Assembly: GCA_010093815.1 (NCBI GenBank)
Contig: ML996578.1
Source of the DNA: Pseudovirgaria hyperparasitica
Lineage: Eukaryota
Length of the DNA: 64,000 nt
Reading direction: 5' to 3' (one strand)
Made by a program: the position numbers and the translations under genes. Shown here piece after piece: positions 25,659 to 39,400 of the stretch. The notes under the pieces are model-generated. The model did no database searches. It saw nothing but the letters and a program-made list of their open reading frames with translations, and was not told the DNA's origin. How positions within the stretch are numbered: position 1 is the first letter of the stretch; every line of letters begins with the position of its first letter.

Positions 25659-28600
25659 GGTGGAGGATGATGGCCAGTCAAAGGCCATGTAGAGGCCAGG
25701 CAGAGCACACGAATAATTTAGACCAACGCAGAAGAAGCACAGTCAGGCTCCTCTCTGCCTTTCTGGTGGCCCACGAATATGCGTGATGCACCCTGGCGTT
25801 CCAAATATAGCAACGATCACGTGCAGTCACCCACTAAGCAGTGGCTTGACAGGGTATGCATGCTGCTAGCAGCAGTCTCGACGGCTCGCAGGGTAGAAAA
25901 GAAGTGGTGTTGTTTTATTGATATGATTATCATGATTGCAAGGTGTTGGTAGACATCCTCGCCTGCTATGTTCTACCGTAGGTCGTAGAAAAGGCAGTGC
26001 GTTACGCGTTATGCGTCTGCCATCGTCGAGGTCACTATCGCTGTCGCCGTCGCCGTCGCTGTCGTCGTCCTTGTCATTGTCATTGTCTTCGCCACCAAAG
26101 GATGCAATAACCTCCACACATGTCTCGTCCTTGATCCAGAGTGGGTGCGCAGAATGCATGCATGGATGTAACGCAGTCCAGGGGAGGTAAGCCAGGCCTC
26201 CCGCCCGTCTGTCCGTCCGTCGCAGTGCGAGCCAAAGAAAAAAGAACGCCAATTACTTAATTAATTGGTAGAAGTTCTGTGCCTAATCATTAGCACGCAA
26301 GCAATTGCACGCAAGCAAGAATAGCCAGCTCGAAGCTCGAAGCCCCAATATGGCCGCCGCCGTCTAGCCGCCCATCCGCCAATCTGCCCATCTGCCCCAC
26401 CACTACAGTAGTACCTCAGGCCCAGAGCCGCTGCGAACTTCACGTATTACCTACCCTACCCGCCTAAGTATTAATTTACGTCTAATATGTCAAACGTAGC
26501 AAGACATCTTCAAACTATTCACACAATACCCTGCTCTCTCGTAGACGCTGCTGTGCCTTACACAGCGCGCGCTTCCATTCCCGGCCTCCATGGCTCTGGA
26601 CATTCACTTGATAAAGACTTCATGGTCTTCGTCATGCTGCGGCGCTTCTGTCTCGATTCAACGGGAACCCCGAACCACAGTCGCCTCCCCTTCTAATACC
26701 CCAACCTCGAGGCTGTCTCACGCCAATCCATAATGTCTAATCAGCAAGGTTCGTGGCGATCTTTGCCTCATGTATCTCTGCTTCTTCTGGTCTGTCGCTG
26801 TCGCTTTCATGGCTCGTAACGCACCACAACCTCCACCATCTCACCGCTACGGCCTTGGTCAGTTTAAAGCGTAACGCTCTCTGTTGCAATCGATGTGATG
26901 GGCCCTGCATGTTGTTACAAGCGCCGAAACAGTTGTGGATCGAAAGTTCAAGGATGCTGCTGTGTTTCAAACAAGCTTGGTGATGGTTTTTCGTGTGCAT
27001 ATCCTTAGCAGAAACCATGCCTCAACTGGCCGCACCGCACGCCCTCATTTTGCATTGTCAAAGAATCCCCACAAGGAGCTTACGTTGAAACTCAAACCGT
27101 CCTGTCATCATGGATGTCGGGACCTGGACATGTCAGATATGCATCTGTCAGATCTGGCTGCCACCACCGTAATCACTAATAGTTCACTAATAACAGATCC
27201 TCCAACAGCAGGATTTCCACAACAGATCCGGAATCACGCATGATACGACAGATTCCGTGGTCGTCATACTGGCCACAATCTCTGACGACACGATGGTCTT
27301 AGCAAAGATGCTACTACACAGGCTCATGGGGCAGCAACCACATACTACGTCTGGATCGGGAAAAGAAAATGTCCCATCCGAAGCATCGCAGTGCGGACTT
27401 GGCACTTTACGGCCGTACATGCAAAGGAGTCATGACAGACCCTAAATAACTACTCTAAACAATCCTCCAACAGCATCGTTCATTCGATACGCTATTTTCG
27501 AACATCTTGGTGTTCACACCATAGATCCTTCATTATGTCGTCAACACGTGCACAGATTCGCATTGCTCCCAGCAACCTTCCCGGTTCAGCGTTCCAGTCC
27601 TAAGATGAACGGCATCGCCGACTCCACTCGAAGCCGCAAGAACCATCGCTGCATATCACTAGAAGTCGTCCCATAGCTTCCGGAAGACTACTAGCTTTGG
27701 GTTGGATCTACGAATACGATATTACGAGCGGCCTAAATATGAGACAGCGGAATCCTTCAACGGCAAAGGGTCTGTCTAGCGTCCAAAATGATTGGCTGTA
27801 CACACAAGTCTTCTTACTATCATTGAATGCACAGAACAACGATATTGCCCTGGACTCGACTCGAAAACGCCAATATCAGTCAACAGAACAAATTTTCTGG
27901 GCTATCTTCAGTTGCCAACACTCGAATAATCCGCATTCCGCCCTCGTAACCAAGATCAGCATCTCGTTATAAAACGCTCCTGGAAAGCTCCACTTATTCC
28001 CAACCGAAGAACTAACATTGTGTCCCAATTAACTTATAAATATTCACCATTTACACACTGGGTACAGCGTGGAATCCTCTAGGCTATGCGCCGCACTACT
28101 AGTGGCAAGCACTTGCTTGAATTACAACTGTTTCAGTACGCTTGCTTCAACCACCGTCAGCCTGTCACTATGGCGAGTGAACGACAATTTGATGTATAAC
28201 CGTGATAGGTACTTCTAATGACAGCCTAAGGTGATAGGATGGCGCTTATAATACACCACATTCGCTCTTCGTGTGGACTTGTGTCACCAATGAACTCATG
28301 ACTGGCCAGCTCAGATATCAGGAGGTGCGCTAGCACGCAGTTTCTAAGCGCGATGGCGAACCTAAAGGCGACAATAAAACCTGCGTACACGACAAGCGAT
28401 GGAGGCTTGAGATGACAAGCACGTCTCTGCAGTAGGAGATCTCTCGTGTTCGCTCGTCTTGTAGCTACCTTTACATGGAGTTCCAAGAAATTTGCTTGTC
28501 CGCAGCGACCTGCGCTTTTCAGTCTAGGTCAGTCTCTTAGAGAGAAGCAGTCTTGAGGATCGATATGAGTATCTCTTCGATATAAGTCCATCAGGAGGTG

Positions 28601-30329
28601 GTTTCAGAAGGTTGTTATGACCAACGCACGAACATTACGGTAGGTATGCGAGCATAATCATATAGCATATAGATCAGCGGGATTGAAGTATGTATAGTAG
28701 TGTGCAGTGATCGACAAGTAGTTGAGTTCCATACAGGAGTCGCGTTCCTTATACAGAGCAATATACATGTAATCTCTGAAGACATGGATCAGTAGCAGAG
28801 CTCCTTTCGTCCTCAACCCGTGTGTAAAAGAACTTGTAACTGTGATCTTAGCCATATGTTCCCTCTTGACATTTACTCCAATGTCTACAGCAGAGTTGTC
28901 CACATAAACAATCCCCTCACCAACCTTGATAAGGGTATGCATACTCACCAACCACATTCCTCTTCCCCCTTTTCCACACTCTCTTGTCTTATCTCGCATT
29001 ACTAACACTCGGACACGCAACTCGCCGAAACTTACGCTATACATATCGGTGTCGGACGTCCAAAACACCTACCCCTGCCATGGCTTAGGTCGTGTTCTGC
29101 ATATAGCGACTTCGAAATCGCCAGCGGCTCATTCGTGTCCATAGCCTGAAGTCTCAGTAAGCTCATATACGCCTATGGAGAGAGGCGCTCGACACAAATT
29201 CACTGCAGAAATATATCGCTACGAAAGGACATGCGTATGAGATCCATGAACTCATGAGAAGTTCGGAGATGTGTCTAGCATCAGATGGATACTGATGTAC
29301 GCTAGTAGCAATAATGGAGGTTGAGTCGAAACATTTCAAGCGAGTCTACAGAGGGTATTCAGTCAAATGCCATCCTCTCTCGTCTTACGGAGACATTATA
29401 TGTCGATATTGACGTTAATAGCACACAAGCCCCCCTCTAGGTATGTGTCATGCGTGCTAGGAGGTATAATTCAGCTAGGCCATTTGCATATGGAAGGTTC
29501 GATCGTGTTTGATAGGATGAGGTAATCTATATTCATATTCTCAGATTGGCCAATATACAGTGTCGTAAGATACTCACGTATATGTTCCCACTTCAGCTCA
29601 TGCGTCTACGTTCGGTTGCACTTCCGTGGCTTGCTTCATATCCGTAGTGACTCTTGAGGAGCTTTGCAAATAAGTGCATCTTTATGCTATCTTCAAGCAC
29701 TGCGTACCACCGATACGACTGGCTTGAGTGAGCTCATGTGATTTCGACTCCAGAAACCTTGAAGTAATCCATTTGAGCTGGGAGTATCGTCGTAGATGGG
29801 AAAGGTGCGAACGACAAGCTCTGTCAGATTGATGGCAAACAATGATTTTGGTATGAGGCTTTTGGCCATGTCTATTACTGTTATTCCTGTCCGGGAGACT
29901 TTCGCCATGTGTGTGCGGAATCCAGTCGATGAACTGTCTGAACTGTGTAAACGGTGCAATCCCTGACAGAAAGCTCTTTGATAGGATTAGCTGTTGGAGG
30001 GACACTTCTCAGGGGTGCAGGGGGAGAACAAGCTCTCTACGCGTAAAGAAACGAGTGAGAAGAGCGCTATACTGTATTCCTAGATTGATGAACAGCTTGA
30101 GAGATTGGTTCAGGGAGCACACCTGCGTTTCATACGTTCAGAACTTCAGCAAGTGAACCCAACGAAGAAGCCCTCGATCTAACACAGTTTACACACAACA
30201 CTGTTTTGCCGCTTACTCACCATGCCATCACTGTTAACCGTCCTAATCCTAAAAATTTGGCAGTTTACCACAATTAGGCCCGCCCGCCCCCGAATATAAT
30301 TCACTCTTTCATGGCAAATGATATACCCA

Positions 30330-30431
30330 GGTGCGATGGTTCAATGGTTAAGAATCACCACCGAAGCATGGTCATCCGACCTAAGTATCTGTTCGGGCAC
30401 GGAGGCGCAGGTTCGATTCCGGACCTGAGCC
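30330..30431 (+). tRNA. tRNA-like Pol III element (pseudo-tRNA or SINE head); isotype unresolved
   Basis: A box TGGTTCAATGG, D stem GTTC/GAAT, B box GGTTCGATTCC and a following TTTT terminator. Acceptor and T stems pair poorly. Confidence 0.5.
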
Positions 30432-30471
30432 TTTTGTTTTGCGCGTGGCTACACCAGTTTCCCCTTTTTCC

Positions 30472-30790
30472 AGTTACTCGTGTATATTTTATATTCCACT
30501 GCTACTTTAGTCTAGGTTCCTTTCTTATTCCATAGAGTCGTGAAAGAGAAGTATAGAAGTATCTAATATCCTATACTCTATCTATACTTAAGATATCTTT
30601 ACTTTTATCTTACTTTAGAAGATTATATAGATATAGAAACTCTAGATAATTCCTAGATAGAAGAAGAGATAGAATGTTCTCTAAATATTATATGTTTCTT
30701 CGAGTATATAATTTAGTATAAATATTAGAATTAAATGATTGGCGAGTAATATTACGTAGATCATAGGATATTTTAGAAGTATACATATCG
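30472..30790. mobile_element. RIP-degraded repeat relic (possible solo LTR) just downstream of the tRNA-like element
   Basis: Very TpA-rich; short inverted termini TTACTCG (30474-30480) / CGAGTAA (30743-30749). Confidence 0.45.
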
Positions 30791-31037
30791 GCTTCACTCG
30801 TCTATTGACTGACGACATTGCTCGGCCGAGGCCTGTCAATCCGGATAACCTTAATTGAATCCATCCGGATTGGAATTTGGCCCCTACGTAGCGTCGATCC
30901 TTCCACGAGCAGGCTTCAACGTCAGCTTTGTCGCGAGCTCAACACCAAAACCTCACGTCCTGTCCTACATGTGCCTCACTTCACCTTCCAGAACCCTGTC
31001 AGTACTTCGTGGCAGCATCTGAGGGCATTTCGTCACC

Positions 31038-32168
31038 ATGGAGCTCTTCCGATCTCTTTTCGTCGTCCTCGGCGCCATATCAACACTCGCGCGCGCCGAT
31101 CTGAACGTCTGGCTCACGACTGGCCTCAGTGTTCTCATGAAGCTCGACACGCCGGGCCTTCCTCTCACACAATACAATCCCGACACATCCACGTGGGACA
31201 TCATATCCGCCAACAGCTCACTCCTTTTCAACTTCACCATCACAAACAACAACCAAACCCTCCTCCTGAACTCATTACCCATCTACCCCCTCGACAACTA
31301 CAACATCCCACCCGTCCTCTCAGCGCTCAACATCCCCGACGACGTCCCAATCGACGGCTTAAAGCTCCTCCCTTCAACAAGCGCATACCGCACCGTGACC
31401 CTCGACTACGACCGCCTCATGTCCTCCCGCGACGACCCCTCCATCATATACTACAACCCGGCGCCCAAACTGACCCTCAACATCCTCGGCGCATCCAGCT
31501 ACCTCCTTGACGTCCCATCCCAGTCCGTCCTTCAAATCTCCATGCTCGATATTCACCACACAACATCTATATCACCGATGCGCAGCTACAACATCCAATC
31601 CGCGTCGTTCATCGCGCGCGCGCCAGAAACTCGCCGACCGGACGATTCATACGTGCATCCGCATCCACACTATGCGAATGCGTGTTCGTGGTGGTACTAC
31701 CGATGCGCTGATTTTGACGATCCGCCGTATTATCGCTTCGTGTGGCGCGCTGAGTTTGATAGTAATGGACGGATTGGATCGTTGCGCCATTCCATAGTGG
31801 CAGTACTGCACAGCACGCCGTATATATTTGGTGTGTCGTGGGTGGCGTGGATACTTGTTTTTATGGGCGGTTTGGCTGGGGGAATGCTTGGTGGGGCGTT
31901 TTTTCGAGTGTTGCGGTGGGTGCGTGCGAAGAGCACTGAGCGGCAAGACGAGGAGGAGGCTGGACAGGGGCTTTTGGATGGGATGGAGGAGAGTGCGGTG
32001 CTGGGGCCGAGGGCGGGGGAATACCTGTTGGAACCAAGGGAGAGGGTGGAAGAAGAGGCACCGCCGAGTTACGATATTGCGACAAAGGAGTTGCCGCCTT
32101 TACCGGTTGTTGAAGGTGATGATAGCGAACATGGTAGTGTACAGGCCGCCGCAAGGAGCATCGAGTGA
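31038..32168 (+). CDS. Uncharacterised type I membrane protein (signal peptide, luminal domain, one TM, acidic cytosolic tail with PPSY)
   Basis: 376-codon ORF, hydrophobic N-terminus, TM IFGVSWVAWILVFMGGLAGGMLGGAFF followed by basic residues. Confidence 0.75.
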   Translation: MELFRSLFVVLGAISTLARADLNVWLTTGLSVLMKLDTPGLPLTQYNPDTSTWDIISANSSLLFNFTITNNNQTLLLNSLPIYPLDNYNIPPVLSALNIPDDVPIDGLKLLPSTSAYRTVTLDYDRLMSSRDDPSIIYYNPAPKLTLNILGASSYLLDVPSQSVLQISMLDIHHTTSISPMRSYNIQSASFIARAPETRRPDDSYVHPHPHYANACSWWYYRCADFDDPPYYRFVWRAEFDSNGRIGSLRHSIVAVLHSTPYIFGVSWVAWILVFMGGLAGGMLGGAFFRVLRWVRAKSTERQDEEEAGQGLLDGMEESAVLGPRAGEYLLEPRERVEEEAPPSYDIATKELPPLPVVEGDDSEHGSVQAAARSIE

Positions 32169-32703
32169 ACTATATGTTATGCAGACTCTGGTAGATAATT
32201 AGACTCAGACTCAAAAGACGACGTGTGATAGACAGTGCGATATCACACTTTCACGAGCAACCCAAGATGGACGACAGCAATGTCACATCAAGTAGCAAGC
32301 CTGTTGACAAAGTCATTGGTTTCTTCTAATTGCGATTCTATGTGTACCGTAGTACATATCGTTGGTATCATGAAACGAACCGGGTCCTACGCAAACCGTG
32401 TGTGTTTGTTCGCCAGAAAACAAGTACCTAATGCAACGCCACTGAGCATAATACATCGTGTCTGAAGTACACGGCATACGCTGCTTTTCGACGTCAAAGA
32501 CCGACGCCGCGGTCACCGTTTCGCTGGGGCCAGGATAGCGATCCTTTATTAGCCGACCCGACGGAAACAAACCATCTCGGGGTCCACAAATGCACCAATC
32601 CTATGATACATCCCCTATGCGCCGTGAACCAAAGGTGTTTTTTTTTAATCTGCCACCAGCTTCCAGTAGCGGTTGCGATCAGGGAACAAGTAAGACGTTC
32701 AGC

Positions 32704-33026
32704 TCACGTGGCATTCTTGTCCTTGGCAAGCCTACCAGTTGCATTGAGCCATACCAGAATGACGACGATACCGGCCGCCACAGCGAGGAAGCAGATCCAG
32801 AAGACGAAGCAGATTACTGTGCGACGAGATTTCTTTGCATTCTGACGCTCCAGCCAAGAATCTCTGCGCAGCAATGTTAGCACATATGGTGGCGTTGCAA
32901 GGGGCAATGGCAACAATACGATCGCTCTCGATTGGGCAGCTGCGATTTCTCAGCGCGCGACATGTCGTCCAGGTGGACGGCGGTGGAGAAGCGCTTCCAG
33001 AAAGCTGGATCACGCACGACGGCCAT
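32704..33026 (-). CDS. Small (88 aa) tail-anchored membrane protein, two exons; intron 32864-32919
   Basis: ACAATGG start context; GTATTG...GCTAAC...CAG intron. Spliced product MAVVRDPAFWKRFSTAVHLDDMSRAEKSQLPNRERSDSWLERQNAKKSRRTVICFVFWICFLAVAAGIVVILVWLNATGRLAKDKNAT. Confidence 0.8.
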
Positions 33027-34480
33027 TGTGGAAGATGTGACAAGTTGAGGCTTGGAAATGTCTGACAGATGTCTGACAGTCTAAAAACTGCACAGATGCT
33101 TGTTGTGGGTAGGTTTTGTGATGGCGGAGATTGCGTTGAAGATCACTGTGTCGATGTAGTTGCAGATGGCGGAGTGTCGAAGGTATACCTGGGAGACGCA
33201 AGATCTGCGATTTTTGTATGGAGAGTGCGGCTTGACGTATATGCGTTGCGAGAATGGCCTTGTGTTTCTAAGTGTATGAAGTGGTCTCCTGTCGGTGCTT
33301 ATCCTGAAGCTATTCGCGTGTCGGTATCGAGCTTGTTTGTGGGCTAATGAGTGACTTGTAGCTGGCAATGTGTGTAGAGATAGGTAAAAATTATTTAATG
33401 AGAGACAAGAAAACAGGAGTTGCAGAATGTGAAGCCTGGAGCTGCAAAGTCAAGAAAGAGTGTGAGGTGTTTGTTGTTGAAGGACAGAGAAGGACGAGAA
33501 ATGCGGAGAGACAGGACAGACAGGCGTGCAGGGACAAGGACACGTTGACTCGATACTTTGCTTGTTGCAGGGAGAAGCTTTTTACAAGCACGAGCGAGTG
33601 TCTCGTGCGACAACTAAACAACGGTTTTCTGGCGGCTACAAATTAATTAAACATGGAGACATCGAGTTATCGATTAGATGGGGCCCTAAGCGATCTACTA
33701 TATGAGGCTCAAGTCACTGTCGTGCTACCGCTGCAAGCCAATCAGCGGGCTTTTGCGCCGACGCAAACCCCCTTGCTACTCCGGCCAAAGTTTAGCGGGG
33801 GGTCCTCGCGGTGTTTTAAGTAAATGGAACAACCTTGCGTGATTGGAGTGTCCTGCCCGTGCCCAGCTATCTTGGCCGGCTCAAGCGAAATGAGGCAGAA
33901 ATCCCTTCCACAGAAAAGCCATAACAATAATGATGATAATAATAACAATAGTCCAGTCCAGCCTCGTCTTCTGTCCTTACCTTAGGCAATCCTAGATATT
34001 GAAGCTTGACCAAGAGTCATGAAGAGATCTCCATTCTCCTGTTGGCACCTCATGATGGTTCCTCACTAAATGCTGGTCCAAACGGCCCTACTGCAGCTGC
34101 CTCTGTGCACTCCTACCTACCTACATGCTGTCCACCAGCGTTCAACAAACTGCATGGTTGCATGAGGGAGAAGGTGGACTATTTGATGTGAATCAGGTTG
34201 TTCCAAGGGGTCTCGTCGCCCTTTGATGCTGTTTGACCCTCATCACCATTTTCAAACAAGGTCTCTGTAGAACATCTTACGGAATGCAACAAGTCGAGGA
34301 GCGAACGACGTCTGCCACGTCTCCGAGCTCGCCTGAAAGCGTGATCTTTATCAGATCATGGCTACAAATACAGTCTTCCTTCGCAGGTCCTAATTACTTC
34401 ACCTTCTCAGCTTGGCAGTAAGACTTGCACAGCATCAACATTCCCATCTACAATCTCCTGCGCGTCATACTACTGCAGCT

Positions 34481-35289
34481 ATGCCGCACGAGCAACCTGA
34501 ATTCTGGAATGTCAACCTTCCACGCGGAGATTGGTCGCCAAGTTGCCCACCTTTTCTGGAGAGCTGCAGCGACAAGGACCGCTCTATCATTGGCACACCA
34601 GATGCAGAGTATATTCGTCTCTCGTGGCCAGCGGTTCAGGACATTATCCGTGGGTTACCATCTGCTTGGCGCAGCACCCCAGGCAGGTAGTCGCAAGCTT
34701 GATCTGACGTCCTCCAGAATCCAATCGTGTCGACCTATTCCAGCGAGTGCCTAGCGATTTGCGAAAGTATCGTTCATTCGTCTACAACATTGTCAAGAAG
34801 TATGGGTCTATGCAGGAATTCATCTTGTCCAAGAGGCTGCAGTGGACTTCAACATGTCCATCAGGACCTCCATTTGCGAACCCAGGTATACTGATGCTGC
34901 TTTACTTCGAACGTCAATGCTAATAAGCTTGTCTCGCGACAGACGATATCACAGTGCTTCAGAACGATTGGCCGTATGGTATAGACCAGAAAATCGTGCA
35001 TCTCGTTGTGTGGACGAAGTTTGAGCTTAAAGATGAGCGTGGAGGAGTAGGAGACATGCTGCCAGAGACTCGACGGAGCATCGACCACTGGGTCAACGAC
35101 ACATTCTGCACCCGGATAGAACCTCAGCATGTCATCTGGTTCAAGAATTGGTACTCGCTAAAGTCCATCCACGCAGTCGAGCACTTTCATGTAATGCTTT
35201 ACAAGCCGGATATGAGCTTCGTCCGGCAGATCACCCATGGAGTTGAGCCGTTATCTCTGCAGTCTTCTGCTCAGTTGTCTGAGCTGTAG
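34481..35289 (+). CDS. DUF3605 / GIG1-like (N-acetylglucosamine-induced) HIT-related protein; introns ~34650-34717 and 34886-34942
   Basis: [56 protein letters not shown]. Confidence 0.85.
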
Positions 35290-36497
35290 AGGTCTAAGTG
35301 TGCTAACAAGGACCCTCAAATGTGATCATGACCAAATTATGAGCCATGCAGCTGCTTGTAATACTGATTGATACCGTGGAGACTGGAGAGGCGATATGGC
35401 AGCAATCCGGCATTGGTCCTCGTCAACATTACACATGCTGGCTCACTAAGGTCATGCTGGCGCAAGCTGCAAGTTTTCAGGTGTAGAACATAGATTCGAT
35501 AGAATGAAGTTATGTCTGTACTTAGAAGGCATTGAATATAGCTAAGGTACAGAATACGCCCCGCCTCGTATATGTAGAGCTCCCTCAAGGTCTGTCCACG
35601 CCATGACAGACATAATTATAGGAGCAGTTGCGACGTAACGGTAAATCAGTACGTAAGGGCAGAGCCTCACCTAATATGGCCACCTATGACCTCGACAATC
35701 AAACCTTAATAAGACCGCCCTGATCGCGTGGCGTTCAGCGGGCATTACCCAATAGAGGCCTCCTTTGATGCTCGGGGCACTCCAATGCCGAATGGCTTAG
35801 TGGAACCACCCAGCGACAAACCGCGACGAGTTAGAGGCAAATACCGCTCCTGTGTTCTCGTGCACTTGCGAGTCACAAGTCGCGCAAGAGATCGTAGCAT
35901 AATTTGTGCAATGCATTCCAGCATTGATAATCTCTCTGTGTTCTAGCAATTATAGCAGCCCAGGAAGGAGGCTATTAATTGGATATCGTTATGAAATGGA
36001 ATATTTACGTACTAGTAGCTACTCTTTGGGCAAATATCCGGCATGCTGATTGGTCACGGGCACTGCTACAAACGGGAAAGACCCAGAGTAGTTTAGACTC
36101 TGCCACTCTGGAAACCTCCCTACCTGTATATTCTCTCTATCGCCGGCCCTCGAGGTCGTTATCAATAGTGCTTCAACACCGAGACCGGCCACTTCACATT
36201 CCAAGTCCGGGACATTCTACTCTTCTCTTTCTCAGCCCAATCTCTTCAATTACTTCTCCTTCTCTACATCTCACTTGGTCGCATATGCTGTGGAGATCGG
36301 CTCCCTCTAGAATACTCTTCTGCCTGTTGCCGAACTTCAGTGTCGACCCCGATATTTTTTTCGCGAGTCCTCATTCGGTCGACCCAACGGGCTCAGCCCA
36401 CCGCTGAACCGCAACCGCGCGTTCTCCTTTCTCCTCCGCTCTGCCCCTTTACAACAACCACGACAGCTGCAGATATTTCCAATATTGAACAGTTGCA

Positions 36498-39400
36498 ATG
36501 CTTGGAGCTTCCGCTTTACCTAGGCGCTGGCGGAGCGGCGATAGCGAAAAGCCCGCACAGAAGCCAAACTGGTACACAAAGTTCGTTGCTCCACCACTAC
36601 AAGCGTTATCGGGGAAGGCATGCACGCATCCTATCCACTCCATAGTATCAGTACTATTGATTGCAAGTACTGTCTATCTCGGTCTCTTGGACACCAACCT
36701 TTTCGATCGCTCAGGGAGCGGCGCTATTCATGCAGCAGACTTCAACACCCTTGTGGAAGGCAGCAAACACCTTTACGCAGGCGATAAGACACACTGGAAA
36801 TGGACTACGGAAGACTCAAGGAGAAGTGACGGAGAGCTTGCGGTAAGTAGACTGGTATGGGTATCGGAAAGCTTGCAATTCTCATGCTGACGGCTCCAAG
36901 CCTGCGCAAGACCTAGCCCTCATAACTTTGGAATTCCCTGCCTCCATTGGCTCTGCTCCTCGCGCAAAGTCGATCTTACCATCCTACAACTCCCTTGAAA
37001 TTCTCCCAAACTCACCCAACACCGTTTCTGAGCTCTCTGGCGATACCACCCTCGCCTTTTCACTGCCATATGAGGCAGCACCCGACTTTCTGTCTGCCAT
37101 TCAAGAAATCCGAGCCCCAAAGAGCGCAAGAGAGCCACTGGAGTCTGAGGATGGGCAAGAGGAAAAGAAGTGGATCATGGTGGCTGCTCGCCCGGTGCAG
37201 AGCTCAAGGAGCATTAAAACAAGAATCGTCGCGGCATGGACCTCCTTTCTGGATCTCTTGAAAAATGCAGAATCTCTCGATATAACCATCATGGCTCTCG
37301 GCTACTTGTCCATGCACCTTACATTCGTATCCTTGTTTCTGTCTATGAGACGCCTCGGGTCGAACTTCTGGCTGGCTACTACTGTCCTTTTTGAGTCTGG
37401 GTTTGCCTTCCTTCTTGGTCTGCTGGTGACTACCAAGCTGGGCATCAACATAAACATGATTTTACTTTCCGAAGGTCTTCCATTCCTCGTCGTCACAATT
37501 GGATTTGAAAAGCCTATCATTCTGACAAAAGCCGTCTTGTCTGCCTCTATGGATGCCCGACGCAAGGCATCGACCAAGGAGGGAGAAAAATCTGCCCCCC
37601 ATACTATCCATTCTGCTATAAAGACCGCGGTTCAGGAGCGTGGCTATGAAATCATCCGCGATTACTTCATTGAGATCTGTATCTTGGGGGCAGGCGCTGC
37701 ATCCGGCGTTCAAGGCGGACTCCGGCCCTTCTGCTTCCTCGCTGCATGGATCTTGTTCTTCGACTGTATTCTACTTTTCACTTTTTACACTTCGATCCTC
37801 TCCATCAAGCTCGAAATTAACAGAATCAAGCGCCATGTTTCGCTGCGAAAGGCACTTGAAGCCGACGGTGTGAGCCGTTCCGTGGCTGAGAACGTCGCCT
37901 ATAGCAACGATGGATTTCCGGAAAGCGCAAACCTGGGTATTGGCGAGATCTCCATCTTTGGTACTAAGGTCAAGGATAGCAGTGTCCCAAAGTTCAAGGC
38001 GCTCATGGTTTCTGGGTTCCTCATCATTAACATCATCAACATCATAACCATCCCTTTTAGAGGTTCTGGCTCTGGGACAGCCATTCCCGGATTCTCCAGT
38101 GTGGCCCAGCCCCTCATGGACCCCTTCAAAGTAGCCAGGAATGGTCTCGATGTGGTCTTAGCAAAAGCGCAATCGCACAACTTGTCGACTGCTGTCACTA
38201 TTCTGAACCCTATCAAATATGAACTTCAATATCCGTCAGCATATTATGCTCAGAGCAACGGAAGCACCTCAGTCTTTCCTCCCGAGCTATCAGAGCCTGT
38301 GTATGGTATGGGTGGAATGGCACTTGGCGGCGTTCTACGAAGCTTAGAGGACCCAGTACTAGGAAAATGGATCATTGCAGTACTAGCAATAAGCATTGTT
38401 CTGAATGGCTATCTATTCAACGCCGCTCGGATGACGATCAAGGAGCCTCACACTCCCCTTGAGCCGCCTCGAAATGAGGAGATGCAAGATGGGGCGATCA
38501 CGCCAAGGACTTCTGTCGCCTCACCTAGAAGCAATGGTCCCGTTGGTAATGGACATGCTGTCACGTCCAAGCCTGAGTTGACCATGACTGAAGTTCAAGG
38601 CGAGCCACGTCCCATTCCTGCACCACCGACCCCTGCTGCTACCCCAAACCCTCCAGACGACAATCTCAATGAATCGGTGAAAGCGAATCGGAGATCAAAT
38701 AAGCTGCCGAAACGTTCATATGAGGAATGCCTCGAGATCCTCAAGGCGAAGAGAGCCCCAGAGATGAATGATGAAGAGCTGATTGAGCTTTCCTTGAAGG
38801 GCGATATCCCCGGATATGCATTGGAAAAGACACTCATTGACAAGACGCGTGCTGTCAAAGTCCGGCGGGCTGTTGTGTCCCGTACGCACGCCACCCGCGA
38901 AACATCCACCTTACTTGAATCGTCACTCTTGCCATACGAAGGCTATGATTATGATCGTGTTCACGGAGCCTGCTGTGAGAACGTCATTGGCTACCTGCCA
39001 TTGCCAATCGGTGTCGCGGGCCCTCTCTTGATCGACGGTCAGAACTACTTCCTACCCATGGCCACTACTGAAGGTGTCTTGGTTGCTTCGACAAGCAGAG
39101 GTGCTAAAGCTATCAACTTAGGTGGTGGTGCCATTACTGTACTGACTGGCGATGGCATGACTCGTGGACCATGTGTGGGTTTCGAGACTCTCGCTCGTGC
39201 TGGCCAAGCCAAAGTTTGGCTCGACTCTGACGAGGGACAACGGACCATGAAGAATGCCTTTAACTCGACTAGTAGCTTCGCTCGGCTACAAAGTATGACA
39301 ACTGCCCTTGCAGGCACATACTGCTACATTCGTTTCAAGACGACTACTGGAGATGCCATGGGCATGAACATGATTTCCAAGGGTTGTGAAAAGGCTTTGG

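Noticed and set aside
35566..35572. TCGTATA sterol-response-like element upstream of HMG1
   Set aside because: A single 7-mer about 930 bp upstream cannot be distinguished from chance without conservation data.
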